Of a stretch of DNA of 64,000 nucleotides, positions 40,776 to 52,606 are shown one piece after another (the stretch's first letter is position 1; each line of letters begins with the position of its first letter). The notes under the pieces are model-generated. The model searched no databases. It worked only from the letters and a program-made list of their open reading frames with translations, and was not told where the DNA came from. The DNA comes from an uncultured bacterium. GTDB taxonomy: Bacteria > Krumholzibacteriota > Krumholzibacteriia > JACNKJ01. The translations under genes were made by a program, and so were the position numbers. The DNA lies in NCBI GenBank assembly GCA_963695095.1, contig CAVOFT010000001.1, positions 2,976,001 to 3,040,000 on the forward strand. Direction: 5' to 3'.

Positions 40776-41849
40776 ATGCCCGGCATGATCCCCGACCGCC
40801 ACCGCCTCGCGCCCGATGCCGCGCTCGCCCTGCTGGCCCGCGCCGAGACCGTCCACCTGGCCGCCGTCGATGCGGGGGGCGCGCCGCTGCTGCGCGCCCT
40901 GCACGTCGTCCTCGTCGAGGGCGAGCTCGTCTGGCACGGCTCGCTGGCCGGCGAGAAGGGCTTCCTGCCGGGCCATCCGGTGCAGGTGGCCGCGCACGAG
41001 CGCGTGGCCGAGATCCCCAGCCACTTCATCGATCCCGAGCGCGCCTGCCCGGCCACGACCTACTACGAGAGCGTGCTGGCCACGGGCGTGCCGGTGGAGG
41101 TCGCCGATCCAGACGAGAAGGCCAGGCTGCTGCAGGCGCTGATGGCGAAGTACCAGCCCGAGGGCGGACATCGGCCGCTCGGCGGCGCCCAGAACGCGGA
41201 CTTCTACCGCGCCGCCGTGGCCGGCACGCGCGTGCTGCGCATGCCGCTGGCCACGCTGAGCGGCAAGAGCAAGCTCGGCCAGAACCGCAGCCCGGAGCAG
41301 CGGCGGCGCATCCTCGAGCGGCTCTGGGAACGGGGCCGCGCGGAGGACCTGGCGGCCATCGACCGCATCCTCGCCGCCAATGCGGACACGCCCTTGCCCG
41401 CCGTTCTCGCGGCTCCCGCCGGCGCGCGGCTGCGCTGTGCGCCGGGCGCCCGGCACGCGCAGGCCGCCGCCGCCCTGCTCGCGGGCCGCTACTGGACCGA
41501 GGGCGAGTCGCCCGCGGCCCTGGCCGCGGCGCATGCGTCATCCCCCGGCTGGCTCGGGGCCGAGGACGCCGCCAGCGGCGAGCTGATCGGCACCGGCCGC
41601 GTGCTGGGCGACGGCCTGCGCCTGGCCTGGATCCTGGACCTCGTCGTGCGCGAGGACTGGCGGGGGCGGGGCCTGGGTAGCGCCCTGCTACGCCTGCTCC
41701 TGGGCCATCCCCTGGCCCGCGGCGCCCGCGCCATCCGCCTGCGCACCCGCGACGCGGAGGCCTTCTACCGCCCCTTCGGTTTCCTTCCCCTGGCCACCGA
41801 CGCCTTCCCCACCCTCCAGCGGCTGCGTCCGCTGGGGAGCGTGGAATAG
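40776..41849 (+). CDS. Flavin-binding split-barrel (PNPOx/NimA-like) domain fused to GNAT acetyltransferase
   Basis: AEIPSHF..ACPATTYYESV, LMAKYQPEGG, SGKSKLGQN; C-terminal AWILDLVVREDWRGRGLG..TRDAEAFYRPFGF; start 40776 or 40785. Confidence 0.75.
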   Translation: MPGMIPDRHRLAPDAALALLARAETVHLAAVDAGGAPLLRALHVVLVEGELVWHGSLAGEKGFLPGHPVQVAAHERVAEIPSHFIDPERACPATTYYESVLATGVPVEVADPDEKARLLQALMAKYQPEGGHRPLGGAQNADFYRAAVAGTRVLRMPLATLSGKSKLGQNRSPEQRRRILERLWERGRAEDLAAIDRILAANADTPLPAVLAAPAGARLRCAPGARHAQAAAALLAGRYWTEGESPAALAAAHASSPGWLGAEDAASGELIGTGRVLGDGLRLAWILDLVVREDWRGRGLGSALLRLLLGHPLARGARAIRLRTRDAEAFYRPFGFLPLATDAFPTLQRLRPLGSVE

Positions 41850-41979
41850 GGATAAACAGGACTTTTTACACTTTACCACCTTTTGTACTGCTCCTTACGG
41901 TCGCTTGGGCTAGACTTGTAGACACTCGGGCTTCGCAAGCAAGGTCCTCCCCGTCCCCGCCACTGTTAAGGAGCCAATC

Positions 41980-42651
41980 ATGCGTATCCCTGCCCCCCCC
42001 GCCGGCCTGGTCCTGCTGACCATTGCCGGACTTGCGTTCGCCCCGCCCGCGCGGGCGGCCGGCGACGAACCCGATCGCGGTCGGCCCGCCGAGGCGCCCG
42101 CGCAGAGCGCCGAGGCGATCCAGGCCCCCGCCGCCCCGCTGCTTCCCGCGGACGGATTGCCCTATGGCCCGCTGGAGCTGCTCACCCTGAACCCCGTCGA
42201 CCCGCTCGACCGCGGTTCGGACCTCACCGACGCCGGCCTGGACGCAGCGCCCGCCATGCCCTCCGCCCTCGAGGAGGCGAAGCTGGCCATGGCCCGCGCG
42301 GCCGTCGAGGCCTCGCGCGCGGCCGGCACCCTCTACGTGATCGGCCCGCAGCCGGCGGCGCTCGCGCCCCCGGAGATGCAGCGCGCGGCCAAGCTGGACC
42401 GCCTGCGCAGCCAGCCTCCGGTGCCCATGCCCGACCTGGCCGGCCCCGCCGGCGTCGGCGGCGGTCTGGAGCCCTTGCAGCTCATCGGCCCCAGCGCGCC
42501 CAGCGCCGAGGAACTGGCCAAGCTCGAGACGAGCTACCCGGCCACGTCCAACCCGGCGCCGCCGGCGGACCCGGCGGCTCGCGCTGAAACCGCAGCGCCG
42601 GCCCCCGCCGCCGATCCCCAGCAGGCCCAGGACGCGGAGGTGCAGCGATGA
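41980..42651 (+). CDS. Secreted Pro/Ala-rich hypothetical protein
   Basis: AAGGAG RBS, signal peptide ending PPARA, ATGA overlap with the next gene. Confidence 0.65.
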   Translation: MRIPAPPAGLVLLTIAGLAFAPPARAAGDEPDRGRPAEAPAQSAEAIQAPAAPLLPADGLPYGPLELLTLNPVDPLDRGSDLTDAGLDAAPAMPSALEEAKLAMARAAVEASRAAGTLYVIGPQPAALAPPEMQRAAKLDRLRSQPPVPMPDLAGPAGVGGGLEPLQLIGPSAPSAEELAKLETSYPATSNPAPPADPAARAETAAPAPAADPQQAQDAEVQR

Positions 42652-45600
42652 AGACGCTCCGCCACGCCGCCCTGCTCGCCGCCCTCGCGCTCGGCATGGG
42701 AACCGCCAGCACTCTGGCCGATCCGCTGGCTCCCAGCCGCGGCGAGTCCAGCCCGGCCGACATCGCGGCCGCTCGCCTGGAAGCCGCTCAGGCCCCGTTG
42801 GGGCAGGATCCGAGCGTCTGGGAGGACGTCGAGGGCATGGCCGAAGAGGCCAACCTGCGCGACGGCCTCAGCGGCCGCGCCAACGACGACAACGACACCG
42901 CGCACTACGGCCGCGGCAGCACGCTCGTCATCCACATCTTCATCAGCCATGACGGCGGCACCTGGACGGGCACGGACATGGACGCCGCCAACGCCAAGGC
43001 GATCGTCGCCAAGGACTTCTTCATCGACAACGCGCCCTACGGCGCCAACCTCAGCTTCGACAACCAGGGCGGCGGCACCTACTGGTTCTATCACGCCGAC
43101 CTACCCTACACGATCGGTGACAGCGGCACCAACGACACCGTTGTCAACGACGCGCTCATCGCCCTCGGCTTCGGCGATGCCGACGGCGACGGCACCCGCG
43201 TGGACGACCTCACCTTCTACTTGCAGAACTGGGATGGCGGCTACGACAACGTGATCGCCTCCTTCCAGGTGCACGTGACCGGCCGCGCCTGGGCCAGCTA
43301 CGGCACCGCGCAGATCCGTCTCTATCTCGACAGCAACGGCAATGTCTGGGCCCACGAGATGGGCCACAGCTTCGGCGCCTGCGACGAGTACGTCGAGGGC
43401 GGCCAGTGCAACGGCGGCATCAACTGCGGCCTCTGCCAGAGCTGGTACCTCGACTATGACGTCAACAACGGCAACTGCCAGCTGGCGAGCTGCCCCATCG
43501 ACGTCAGCTGCGTGATGATCAACAACACCTTCACCAACATCTGCGACTACACGCGCCAGCACTGGGCCTGGTGGGACGGCAACGGCGACAGCCAGCTCGA
43601 CATCGTCGAGCGGCGCGTCACCGGCAGCACCTTCACCAATATCTGGGAGCTCTGGCACAACGGCTGGTTCTACTGGAACAACGTCGACGAGGGGATGGCC
43701 GTCCACCAGCGCTGGAACACCTGGTCGGTGGTCGGCCTGCGCAGTCCGGCGACGGCCGACTACGACCCCTATCTGTACCTGGACAACAACCACAACAACT
43801 ACGTGGCCAACTCCTACACCGGCTTCCCGGTGGACTTCATCGTCGGCGACTACAACCACAACCGTGCCGGCAACGAGCACGTCGAGGTGCGCCGCTACTC
43901 GGGCGACACGGCCGGCTACAACCTCACCTTCGAGAGCGGCACGAGCATGCTCTATCCCGACGGCATCTCGCGCTCGGTGAGCTGGAGCGACTACAACGTC
44001 GTGCGCGTCTGGGATGTGCCGCTCTTCGCGGGCGAGGAGCTGACCTTCTACGCCTGGAATCTGAGCGCGGGCATGGACGTGGGCCTCGCGCTCTACAAGA
44101 GCAACGGCGCCACCTACTTCGCCGGCCGCACCAGCGCGGTGGCCAGCGCCGACGCCTACGGGGCCGGCTCGGGCGAGTCCTTCACCTTCCTGGTGCCGGC
44201 GGACGACGTCTACGGCCTCGTCGCCTGGAGCAACAGCACGGTGAACGGCAGCTTCGAGATCCAGATCGGCCCGACGCCCTACACGCTGGCGGAGGAGACG
44301 CCCTTCCTCTCGGCGCTCGACCTGCGCCTGTTCAACTACGACCCCAACGCCTACTACTGGTCGGTGGTCGGCACGCGTCCCTACGCCGGCACGGACGTGA
44401 CGGGCGCGCTCTATGCGGACCAGAACTACCTCAGCCTGCTCGAGACCTCGAGCGAGTACATTCCCGGCTCGGCGGAGCTCGTGGCCGTGGACTACAACTA
44501 CGCCCCCCTCAACCGCGACCACTGGCGCGTGAACCGCACCAGCGGCACGGGGAACCACACCACGGAGTGGGAGCACGACCCGGAGATCCTGTCGGGCTAT
44601 ACCGGCAGCCTCACCTGGGCCCATGACCACGTGGCGAAGATCTGGGACTTCTACGGCAACGCCGGCCAGAACTACTTCTTCCGCGAGTACCAGAGCGACC
44701 CCGATCTCGACACGGCGCTCTACCTGTACAGCAACAACGGCGGCGACTACTACAAGCGGCGCGCCAGCTTCATCGGGCTGTCGAACTACCACCCGCCGGC
44801 AGACGGCGGCGAGTGGTTCAACGCCACGGCGCCGGCGACGGGCTGGCTCGGCTTCGTCACCGTCACCGAGGACGAGTATGACGGCGGCTACGCGATCATG
44901 GCCGGCCCCGACATCGCCCTCAGCGAAGACGTGGCGGACACCCGCTACGACGAGATCGTCTTCGCCAGCAACACCGTGCCCTGGGCCTGGTGGACGGTCT
45001 TCGGCGTGCGGCCGGCCTCGGGCAGCGAGGCCAGCGTCTGGCTCTACGGCGACGACGCCTACACGATCAGCACGCTGGCCGTGAGCGACCAGTCCGGCGG
45101 CGGCGTGGACTTCGTCGTCGGCGACTACAACCACATCGGCAGCGGCGGGACGGTCTATCCGCGCTTCTATCGCCGGGCCGGCTTCGGCGAGATGGACATG
45201 GAGTTCGAAAGCGGCGGCGAGACGCTGAGCTTCGCCGCGGGCGGCGCGAACTTCTACGATCTCGATTGGCCGGCCGGGGACGTCGTCGAGATCTGGGACC
45301 TCTGGCTCTACGACGGCGACGAGCTCCGGCTCAGGGTGGAGGATCTCACGCGCGGCTCGCTCGACTTCGGCGTGGCCCTCTTCGCCTCGAACGGCGCGGC
45401 CTACTACGCGAGCGAGGAAGGCGCCGCCGTCAGCGCCGACAACGAGGGCGTGGGCGGCCCGGAGTTCATCGACTTCACGGCGGATCACGCCGACTGGTAC
45501 GGCGTCGTCGTCTACAACCAGAACGACGAGGGCGGCGCCTACCGGATCACCGTGCAGGATCGGACGACCGTGGCCGTGGGCGACCTGCCGCTGCCGCAGC

Positions 45601-45875
45601 GCTTCGCCCTGCAGCCGGCCTCGGCCAACCCCTTCGCCGGCGACGTGCTCCTGCGCTACAGCCTGCCCCGCGAGAGCGCGGCGGCCATCGATATCTTCGA
45701 CGTCAACGGCCGCCGCGTGCGCAGGCTGCTGGACGGCTCCGCGCCGGCCGGCAATCACCTGCTCACCTGGGACGGCAAGAGCGACGCCGGCGAGATCCTG
45801 CCCGGCGGCGTCTACCTGGCCCGCCTGCGGGCCGGCGGCGAGTCGCACAGCGCCAAGCTGGTGCGCGTGCGCTAG
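42648..45875 (+). CDS. Secreted zinc metalloprotease-like protein with repeated beta modules and FlgD-type CTD
   Basis: Signal peptide; AHEMGHSFGACDEY; repeats WSVVG.R / VDF.VGDYNH / VE.WD; C-terminal ANPF...WDGKSDAGEILPGGVYLARL. Confidence 0.8.
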   Translation: MKTLRHAALLAALALGMGTASTLADPLAPSRGESSPADIAAARLEAAQAPLGQDPSVWEDVEGMAEEANLRDGLSGRANDDNDTAHYGRGSTLVIHIFISHDGGTWTGTDMDAANAKAIVAKDFFIDNAPYGANLSFDNQGGGTYWFYHADLPYTIGDSGTNDTVVNDALIALGFGDADGDGTRVDDLTFYLQNWDGGYDNVIASFQVHVTGRAWASYGTAQIRLYLDSNGNVWAHEMGHSFGACDEYVEGGQCNGGINCGLCQSWYLDYDVNNGNCQLASCPIDVSCVMINNTFTNICDYTRQHWAWWDGNGDSQLDIVERRVTGSTFTNIWELWHNGWFYWNNVDEGMAVHQRWNTWSVVGLRSPATADYDPYLYLDNNHNNYVANSYTGFPVDFIVGDYNHNRAGNEHVEVRRYSGDTAGYNLTFESGTSMLYPDGISRSVSWSDYNVVRVWDVPLFAGEELTFYAWNLSAGMDVGLALYKSNGATYFAGRTSAVASADAYGAGSGESFTFLVPADDVYGLVAWSNSTVNGSFEIQIGPTPYTLAEETPFLSALDLRLFNYDPNAYYWSVVGTRPYAGTDVTGALYADQNYLSLLETSSEYIPGSAELVAVDYNYAPLNRDHWRVNRTSGTGNHTTEWEHDPEILSGYTGSLTWAHDHVAKIWDFYGNAGQNYFFREYQSDPDLDTALYLYSNNGGDYYKRRASFIGLSNYHPPADGGEWFNATAPATGWLGFVTVTEDEYDGGYAIMAGPDIALSEDVADTRYDEIVFASNTVPWAWWTVFGVRPASGSEASVWLYGDDAYTISTLAVSDQSGGGVDFVVGDYNHIGSGGTVYPRFYRRAGFGEMDMEFESGGETLSFAAGGANFYDLDWPAGDVVEIWDLWLYDGDELRLRVEDLTRGSLDFGVALFASNGAAYYASEEGAAVSADNEGVGGPEFIDFTADHADWYGVVVYNQNDEGGAYRITVQDRTTVAVGDLPLPQRFALQPASANPFAGDVLLRYSLPRESAAAIDIFDVNGRRVRRLLDGSAPAGNHLLTWDGKSDAGEILPGGVYLARLRAGGESHSAKLVRVR

Positions 45876-45900
45876 GGCCGCGCACGATCCTGTTCACCGA

Positions 45901-45933
45901 AGGGGCCGCCGGCGTTTGCCGGCGGCCCCCTTT
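45901..45933 (+). terminator. Rho-independent terminator
   Basis: GGGGCCGCCGGC-GTTT-GCCGGCGGCCCC followed by CTTT. Confidence 0.75.
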
Positions 45934-46029
45934 GCGTCGATGGCCGTGGCGTGAGGTCGACTTGCCTTCGTCCGTCGGGAGGCATGCGCATCGCAGGGAA
46001 CGGCGCCACCTGGGCGGAGGGTCGACGGA

Positions 46030-46148
46030 TCGAGGCGAGGGCAAGGCTGCTGTTAGCGCCCTTTGCCGCCCTGGCCGCGGCAGAGTGTACACGTGTACAA
46101 AATGAACCGCCCTACCAGGTAGTGATCCACCGCTACGAGGAACGCGGC
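46030..46148 (+). pseudogene. Decayed fragment paralogous to the middle of the 36824-37900 HNH gene
   Basis: LLLAPFAALAAAECTRVQNEPPYQVVIHRYEERG versus LLLAAFAALAEAECTRVQSEAPYQVVIYRCEECG. Confidence 0.75.
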
Positions 46149-46339
46149 CCGATCCGAGCGGCCGGCGCCGCAGCGTTTTCCGGAGTGCCGATGGGCTGCG
46201 CAGCGGAGTTCGCGGCAGGTCCTCACGAATCTGGACCAATCCCGTGCGTTTTCGCCTTGCGCCCCCCGCGGGGGCTTAGTAGCTTCTCTTCGCAAACAGC
46301 ACCGATGCAGTCCAAATTGAACCAAGTCGCAGCAATTCC

Positions 46340-46770
46340 ATGATCCGCGTCGCCAAGCTCACCGACTACGGCATCGCCCTGATGACCCGGCTGGCCCAGG
46401 AGCCGCCGGGCAGCGTCACGGCCCGGGACCTCGCCGAGGCCCTGGGCCTGCCCCTGCCCACGGTGAGCAAGCTGCTCAAGTTGCTCGCGCGGCAGGAGCT
46501 GCTCAACTCCCAGCGCGGCGCCAAGGGCGGCTACACCCTGGCGCGACCGGCGGAGGCGATCACCCTGGCCGAGCTGGTCGGCGCCCTCGAGGGACCCGTG
46601 GCCGTCACCGAGTGCGCGAGCGAGGCGGGCTGCACCTGCGGACTGGAGCCCACCTGCGATGTGCGCGAGAACTGGGGCTGGATCAACCGCCAGGTGATGG
46701 GCGCCCTGGAGAACGTCACCCTGCGCCAGATGGCCGGCTCGCTGGCCGGCAAGCAGGGCAGGAGGTCCTG

Positions 46771-46771
<1 letters not shown>
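46340..46771 (+). CDS. Rrf2-family SUF system regulator
   Basis: [44 protein letters not shown]....C.C....C. Confidence 0.9.
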
Positions 46772-48266
<1,495 letters not shown>

Positions 48267-48305
48267 GGCCGCGCGCCCGCGAGCCGCAAAGGAGTGACGA
48301 AGCGC

Positions 48306-49065
<760 letters not shown>

Positions 49066-49090
49066 ACGGACAGCGGGAGAAAGGCGGAGC

Positions 49091-50453
49091 ATGAGCAAGC
49101 AGAGCGAGACGCAGGGGAAGAGCGCCGCCGGCAGCGCCGCCACCCTGATCGCGGACTTCCCCGCCTTCGCCGCCGCCCGCCGCGAGGAGCCCGCGCTGGG
49201 CGACCTGCGCGCGGCCGCCGCGGCGCGCTTCGCGGCCGCCGGCCTGCCGGGCCGCGGGCGCGAGGACTGGAAGTACACCGACCTCAGGCCCTTCGCGGCC
49301 GCCGCCTGGCGGGGCCAGCCCGCCGAGACCGGCGCCGCGGAGCTCGCCGCCGCGCGGCAGGCGCTCGCCGGGCTCACGGCCCTGGCCAGCCATCGCTTCG
49401 TCCTCGTCGATGGCCGCTACCGGCCCGAGCTCTCGGCCCCGGGCGAGCTGCCCGCGGGCCTCGTCGCGACTGCCGCTCGCCGCCGTCAGCCCCAAGCGCC
49501 TGATCGCCGCCGGGCTCGGCCGGCTCACGGCGGCCCCCGACGCCGACTTCGCCGCCCTCAACAGCGCCTGGTGGCAGGACGGCCTGCTGATCGAGATCGC
49601 CCCCGGTGCAGAGCCGGCCCTGCCCGTCGAGCTGATCCACATCAGCAGCGGCGCGGCGACGGGGCGCATGCTCGCTCCCCGGCTCCTGGTCGGCGCCGGC
49701 GAGGGCAGCAAGAGCCGCGTGATCGAGCGCTTCCTGAGCGCCGGCGAGGGCGCCCACTTCACGAACGCCGTCGGCGAGCTCTTCATCGGCGAGGAGGCCG
49801 CGCTCGAGCATCTCAAGCTGCTCGGCGAGAGCGCCGCCGCCTGGCACATCGGCGCCAGCCATGTCGAGCAGGGCGCGCGCAGCCGCTACGCCTCGCAGGA
49901 GATCCTCCTCGGCGGCGCCCTGGCGCGCCGCGAGCTGCAGCTCACCCTCGCCGGCAGCGGCGCCCACTGCAATCTCGAGGCCCTCTACCTCGGCGACGGC
50001 GACGAGCGCCGCGATCTGCGCACGCGCGTGCGCCACGACGCGCCCGACTGCCGGACCCAGGAGCTGTACAAGGGCATCCTGAACGGGCGTGCGCGCGGCA
50101 TCTTCGACGGGCTGATCTACGTGGCCGAGGACGCCCAGAAGACCGACGCCCGCCAGACCAATCGCAACCTGCTGCTGTCGCCGGAGGCCACCGCCTACAG
50201 CATGCCCCGCCTGGAGATCTACGCCGACGACGTGAAGTGCACGCACGGGTCGACCACCGGCCAGATCAGCGACGAGCAGCTCTTCTATCTGCGCACGCGC
50301 GGATTTTCGGCCGAGGCGGCGCGCGCGCTGCTCACCTACGCCTTCGCCAGCGAGCTGCTCGAATCGATCGCGCCGCCGGCCCTGCGCCAGGAGCTGACGG
50401 CGGCCCTGCTCGCGCGCCTGCCGCAGAGCGCGCTCATCGAGGTGGCGCCATGA
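49091..50453 (+). CDS. sufD: Fe-S assembly protein SufD; frameshift near 49470
   Basis: [52 protein letters not shown]. Confidence 0.9.
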
Positions 50454-51769
50454 GCATGGGCAGGCGCCTGGATGCGGACTTCGCGACCGACCCGCCGGGG
50501 GCCGCGCGACTGGAAGCGCGAGCGCCGGGCCGCCGCCGCGACGAGGCCCTGCTCGCCGAGGGCCTGCGCGCCGACTTCCCCATCTTCCAGCACCGCGGTG
50601 CGCGGACGCGAGCTGGTCTACCTGGACAGCGCGGCCAGCGCGCAGAAGCCGCAGGTCGTGCTGGACACCCTGCACCGCTTCTACAGCGAGGGCTACGCGA
50701 ACATCCACCGCGGCGTCTATCTGCTCAGCGAGGAGGCGACGCGCATCTACGAGGGCACGCGCGAGAAGGTGCGCCGGCTGCTGGGCGCCCGCGAGACGCG
50801 CGAGATCGTCTTCCTGCGCGGCACCACCGAGGGCATCAACCTGCTCGCGCAGACCCTCGGCCGCCAGCGCGTGGGCGCCGGCGACGAGATCCTCCTCACG
50901 CACATGGAGCACCACTCGAACATCGTGCCCTGGCAGATGCTCTGCGAGGCGGTAGGAGCGAAGCTGACCGTCGCTCCCATCGACGAGCGCGGGCGTGCTC
51001 GACCTCGAGGCCTGGACGCGGCTGCTCTCCCCGCGCACGAAGCTGGTGGCCGCCGTGCACGTGTCCAACGCCCTGGGCACGGTGAATCCGATCAAGCAGA
51101 TGGCGGCGCTCGCGCACGAGCGCGGGATCCCGGTGGTCGTCGACGGCGCCCAGGCCGTGCCGCACCTGGCCGTCGACGTGCAGGACCTGGACTGCGACTT
51201 CTACGTGTTCAGCGGACACAAGCTCTACGGGCCGACGGGCATCGGCATCCTCTACGGCAAGGCCGCCCTGCTCGAGGAGCTGCCGCCCTACCAGGGCGGG
51301 GGCGACATGATCCGCTCCGTCACCTTCGCGAAGACGAGCTTCGCGCCGCCGCCCTACCGCTTCGAGGCCGGCACGCCGGACATCGCGGGCGCCATCGGGC
51401 TCGGCGCGGCGATCTACTACGTGGAGTCGATCGGCTTCGAGGCCATCGCCGCCCACGAGCAGGCGCTGCTCGCCCACGGCACGGCGCTGCTCGAGGCCAT
51501 CCCCGGCCTGCGCCTGATCGGCACCGCCCCCGGGAAGGCTGGGCGTGCTCTCCTTCGTGATGGAGGGCGTGCACCCCCACGACATCGGCACCATCCTGGA
51601 CGGCGAGGGCATCTGCGTGCGCGCGGGCCACCACTGCGCGCAGCCGGTGATGGAGCGCTTCGGCGTGCCGGCCACCACGCGCGCCTCGCTGGGCCTCTAC
51701 AACACGACGGCGGACCTGGACGCCCTGGCGGCCGGGCTCCACAAGATCCGGGAGCTCTTTCCGCGATGA
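50450..51769 (+). CDS. sufS: Cysteine desulfurase SufS; frameshifts
   Basis: [64 protein letters not shown]. Confidence 0.93.
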
Positions 51770-52230
51770 GCGACCTGCGCGACCTCTACCAGGAGCTGAT
51801 CCTCGACCACGGGCGCAATCCCCGCAACCGCCGCCGCATCGAGGGCTGCGCCGAGGGCCACGCCGGCTGCCGCCGCGCCGAGGGCCACAATCCCCTCTGC
51901 GGCGACAAGCTCACGCTCTACCTGAAGACCGAGGGCGAGCGCGTGGCCGACCTCGCCTTCGAGGGCGCGGGCTGTGCGATCTTCACGGCCTCGTCCTCGC
52001 TGCTCACGGATGCCCTGCGCGGCAAGACCGTCGCCGAAGCGCGGGCGCTCCTGCACGACTTCCTCGCCATGCTCACGGACGAGGAGGCCATGGCCGACCC
52101 CGAGCGGCTGGGCAAGCTGGCCGTCTTCGCCGGCGTGCGCGGCTACCCGGTGCGGGTCAAGTGCGCCGCCCTGGCCTGGCGAACCCTGGAGGCGGCGCTC
52201 GACGGCGCCGCCGAAGCCAGCACGGAGTGA
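51766..52230 (+). CDS. sufU: SUF system NifU-family protein SufU
   Basis: [32 protein letters not shown]. Confidence 0.92.
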   Translation: MSDLRDLYQELILDHGRNPRNRRRIEGCAEGHAGCRRAEGHNPLCGDKLTLYLKTEGERVADLAFEGAGCAIFTASSSLLTDALRGKTVAEARALLHDFLAMLTDEEAMADPERLGKLAVFAGVRGYPVRVKCAALAWRTLEAALDGAAEASTE

Positions 52231-52232
52231 AC

Positions 52233-52598
52233 ATGGACGGCAAGCCCGACAAGCAGACCCCCGCCGCGAACGCCGAGGAGCTCCAACCCGCCGAAGCCAT
52301 GCGCGAGGCGGCCATCGACGTGCTGCGCACGGTCTTCGATCCGGAGATCCCCGTGAACATCTGGGAGCTGGGGCTGGTCTACGCGGTGGAAGCCGACGCG
52401 GCCGCCGGTGAGTTGCACGTGACAATGACGCTCACCTCGCCCGCCTGCCCCGTGGCCGGCACCCTGCCCGGCGAGGTGGAGCGCAAGCTCGCCGGCGTGC
52501 CCGGCGTCAAGTCGGCCCGCGTCGAGCTCACCTGGGAGCCCGCCTGGACCGTGGCGATGATGTCCGACAGCGCGCGCCTGGAGCTGGGCTTCCTCTAG
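52233..52598 (+). CDS. sufT: DUF59/SufT (PaaD-like) Fe-S assembly protein
   Basis: VFDPEIPVNIWELGLVY, MTLTSPACPVA, WEPAW..MMSDSARLELG. Confidence 0.88.
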   Translation: MDGKPDKQTPAANAEELQPAEAMREAAIDVLRTVFDPEIPVNIWELGLVYAVEADAAAGELHVTMTLTSPACPVAGTLPGEVERKLAGVPGVKSARVELTWEPAWTVAMMSDSARLELGFL

Positions 52599-52606
52599 CC
52601 GCCCGC

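Noticed and set aside
37400..46148. HNH segment and its copy at 46.0-46.1 kb as a DGR template/variable repeat pair
   Set aside because: Differences are mostly synonymous third-position changes of all base types, not adenine-specific, and no reverse transcriptase is in the window.
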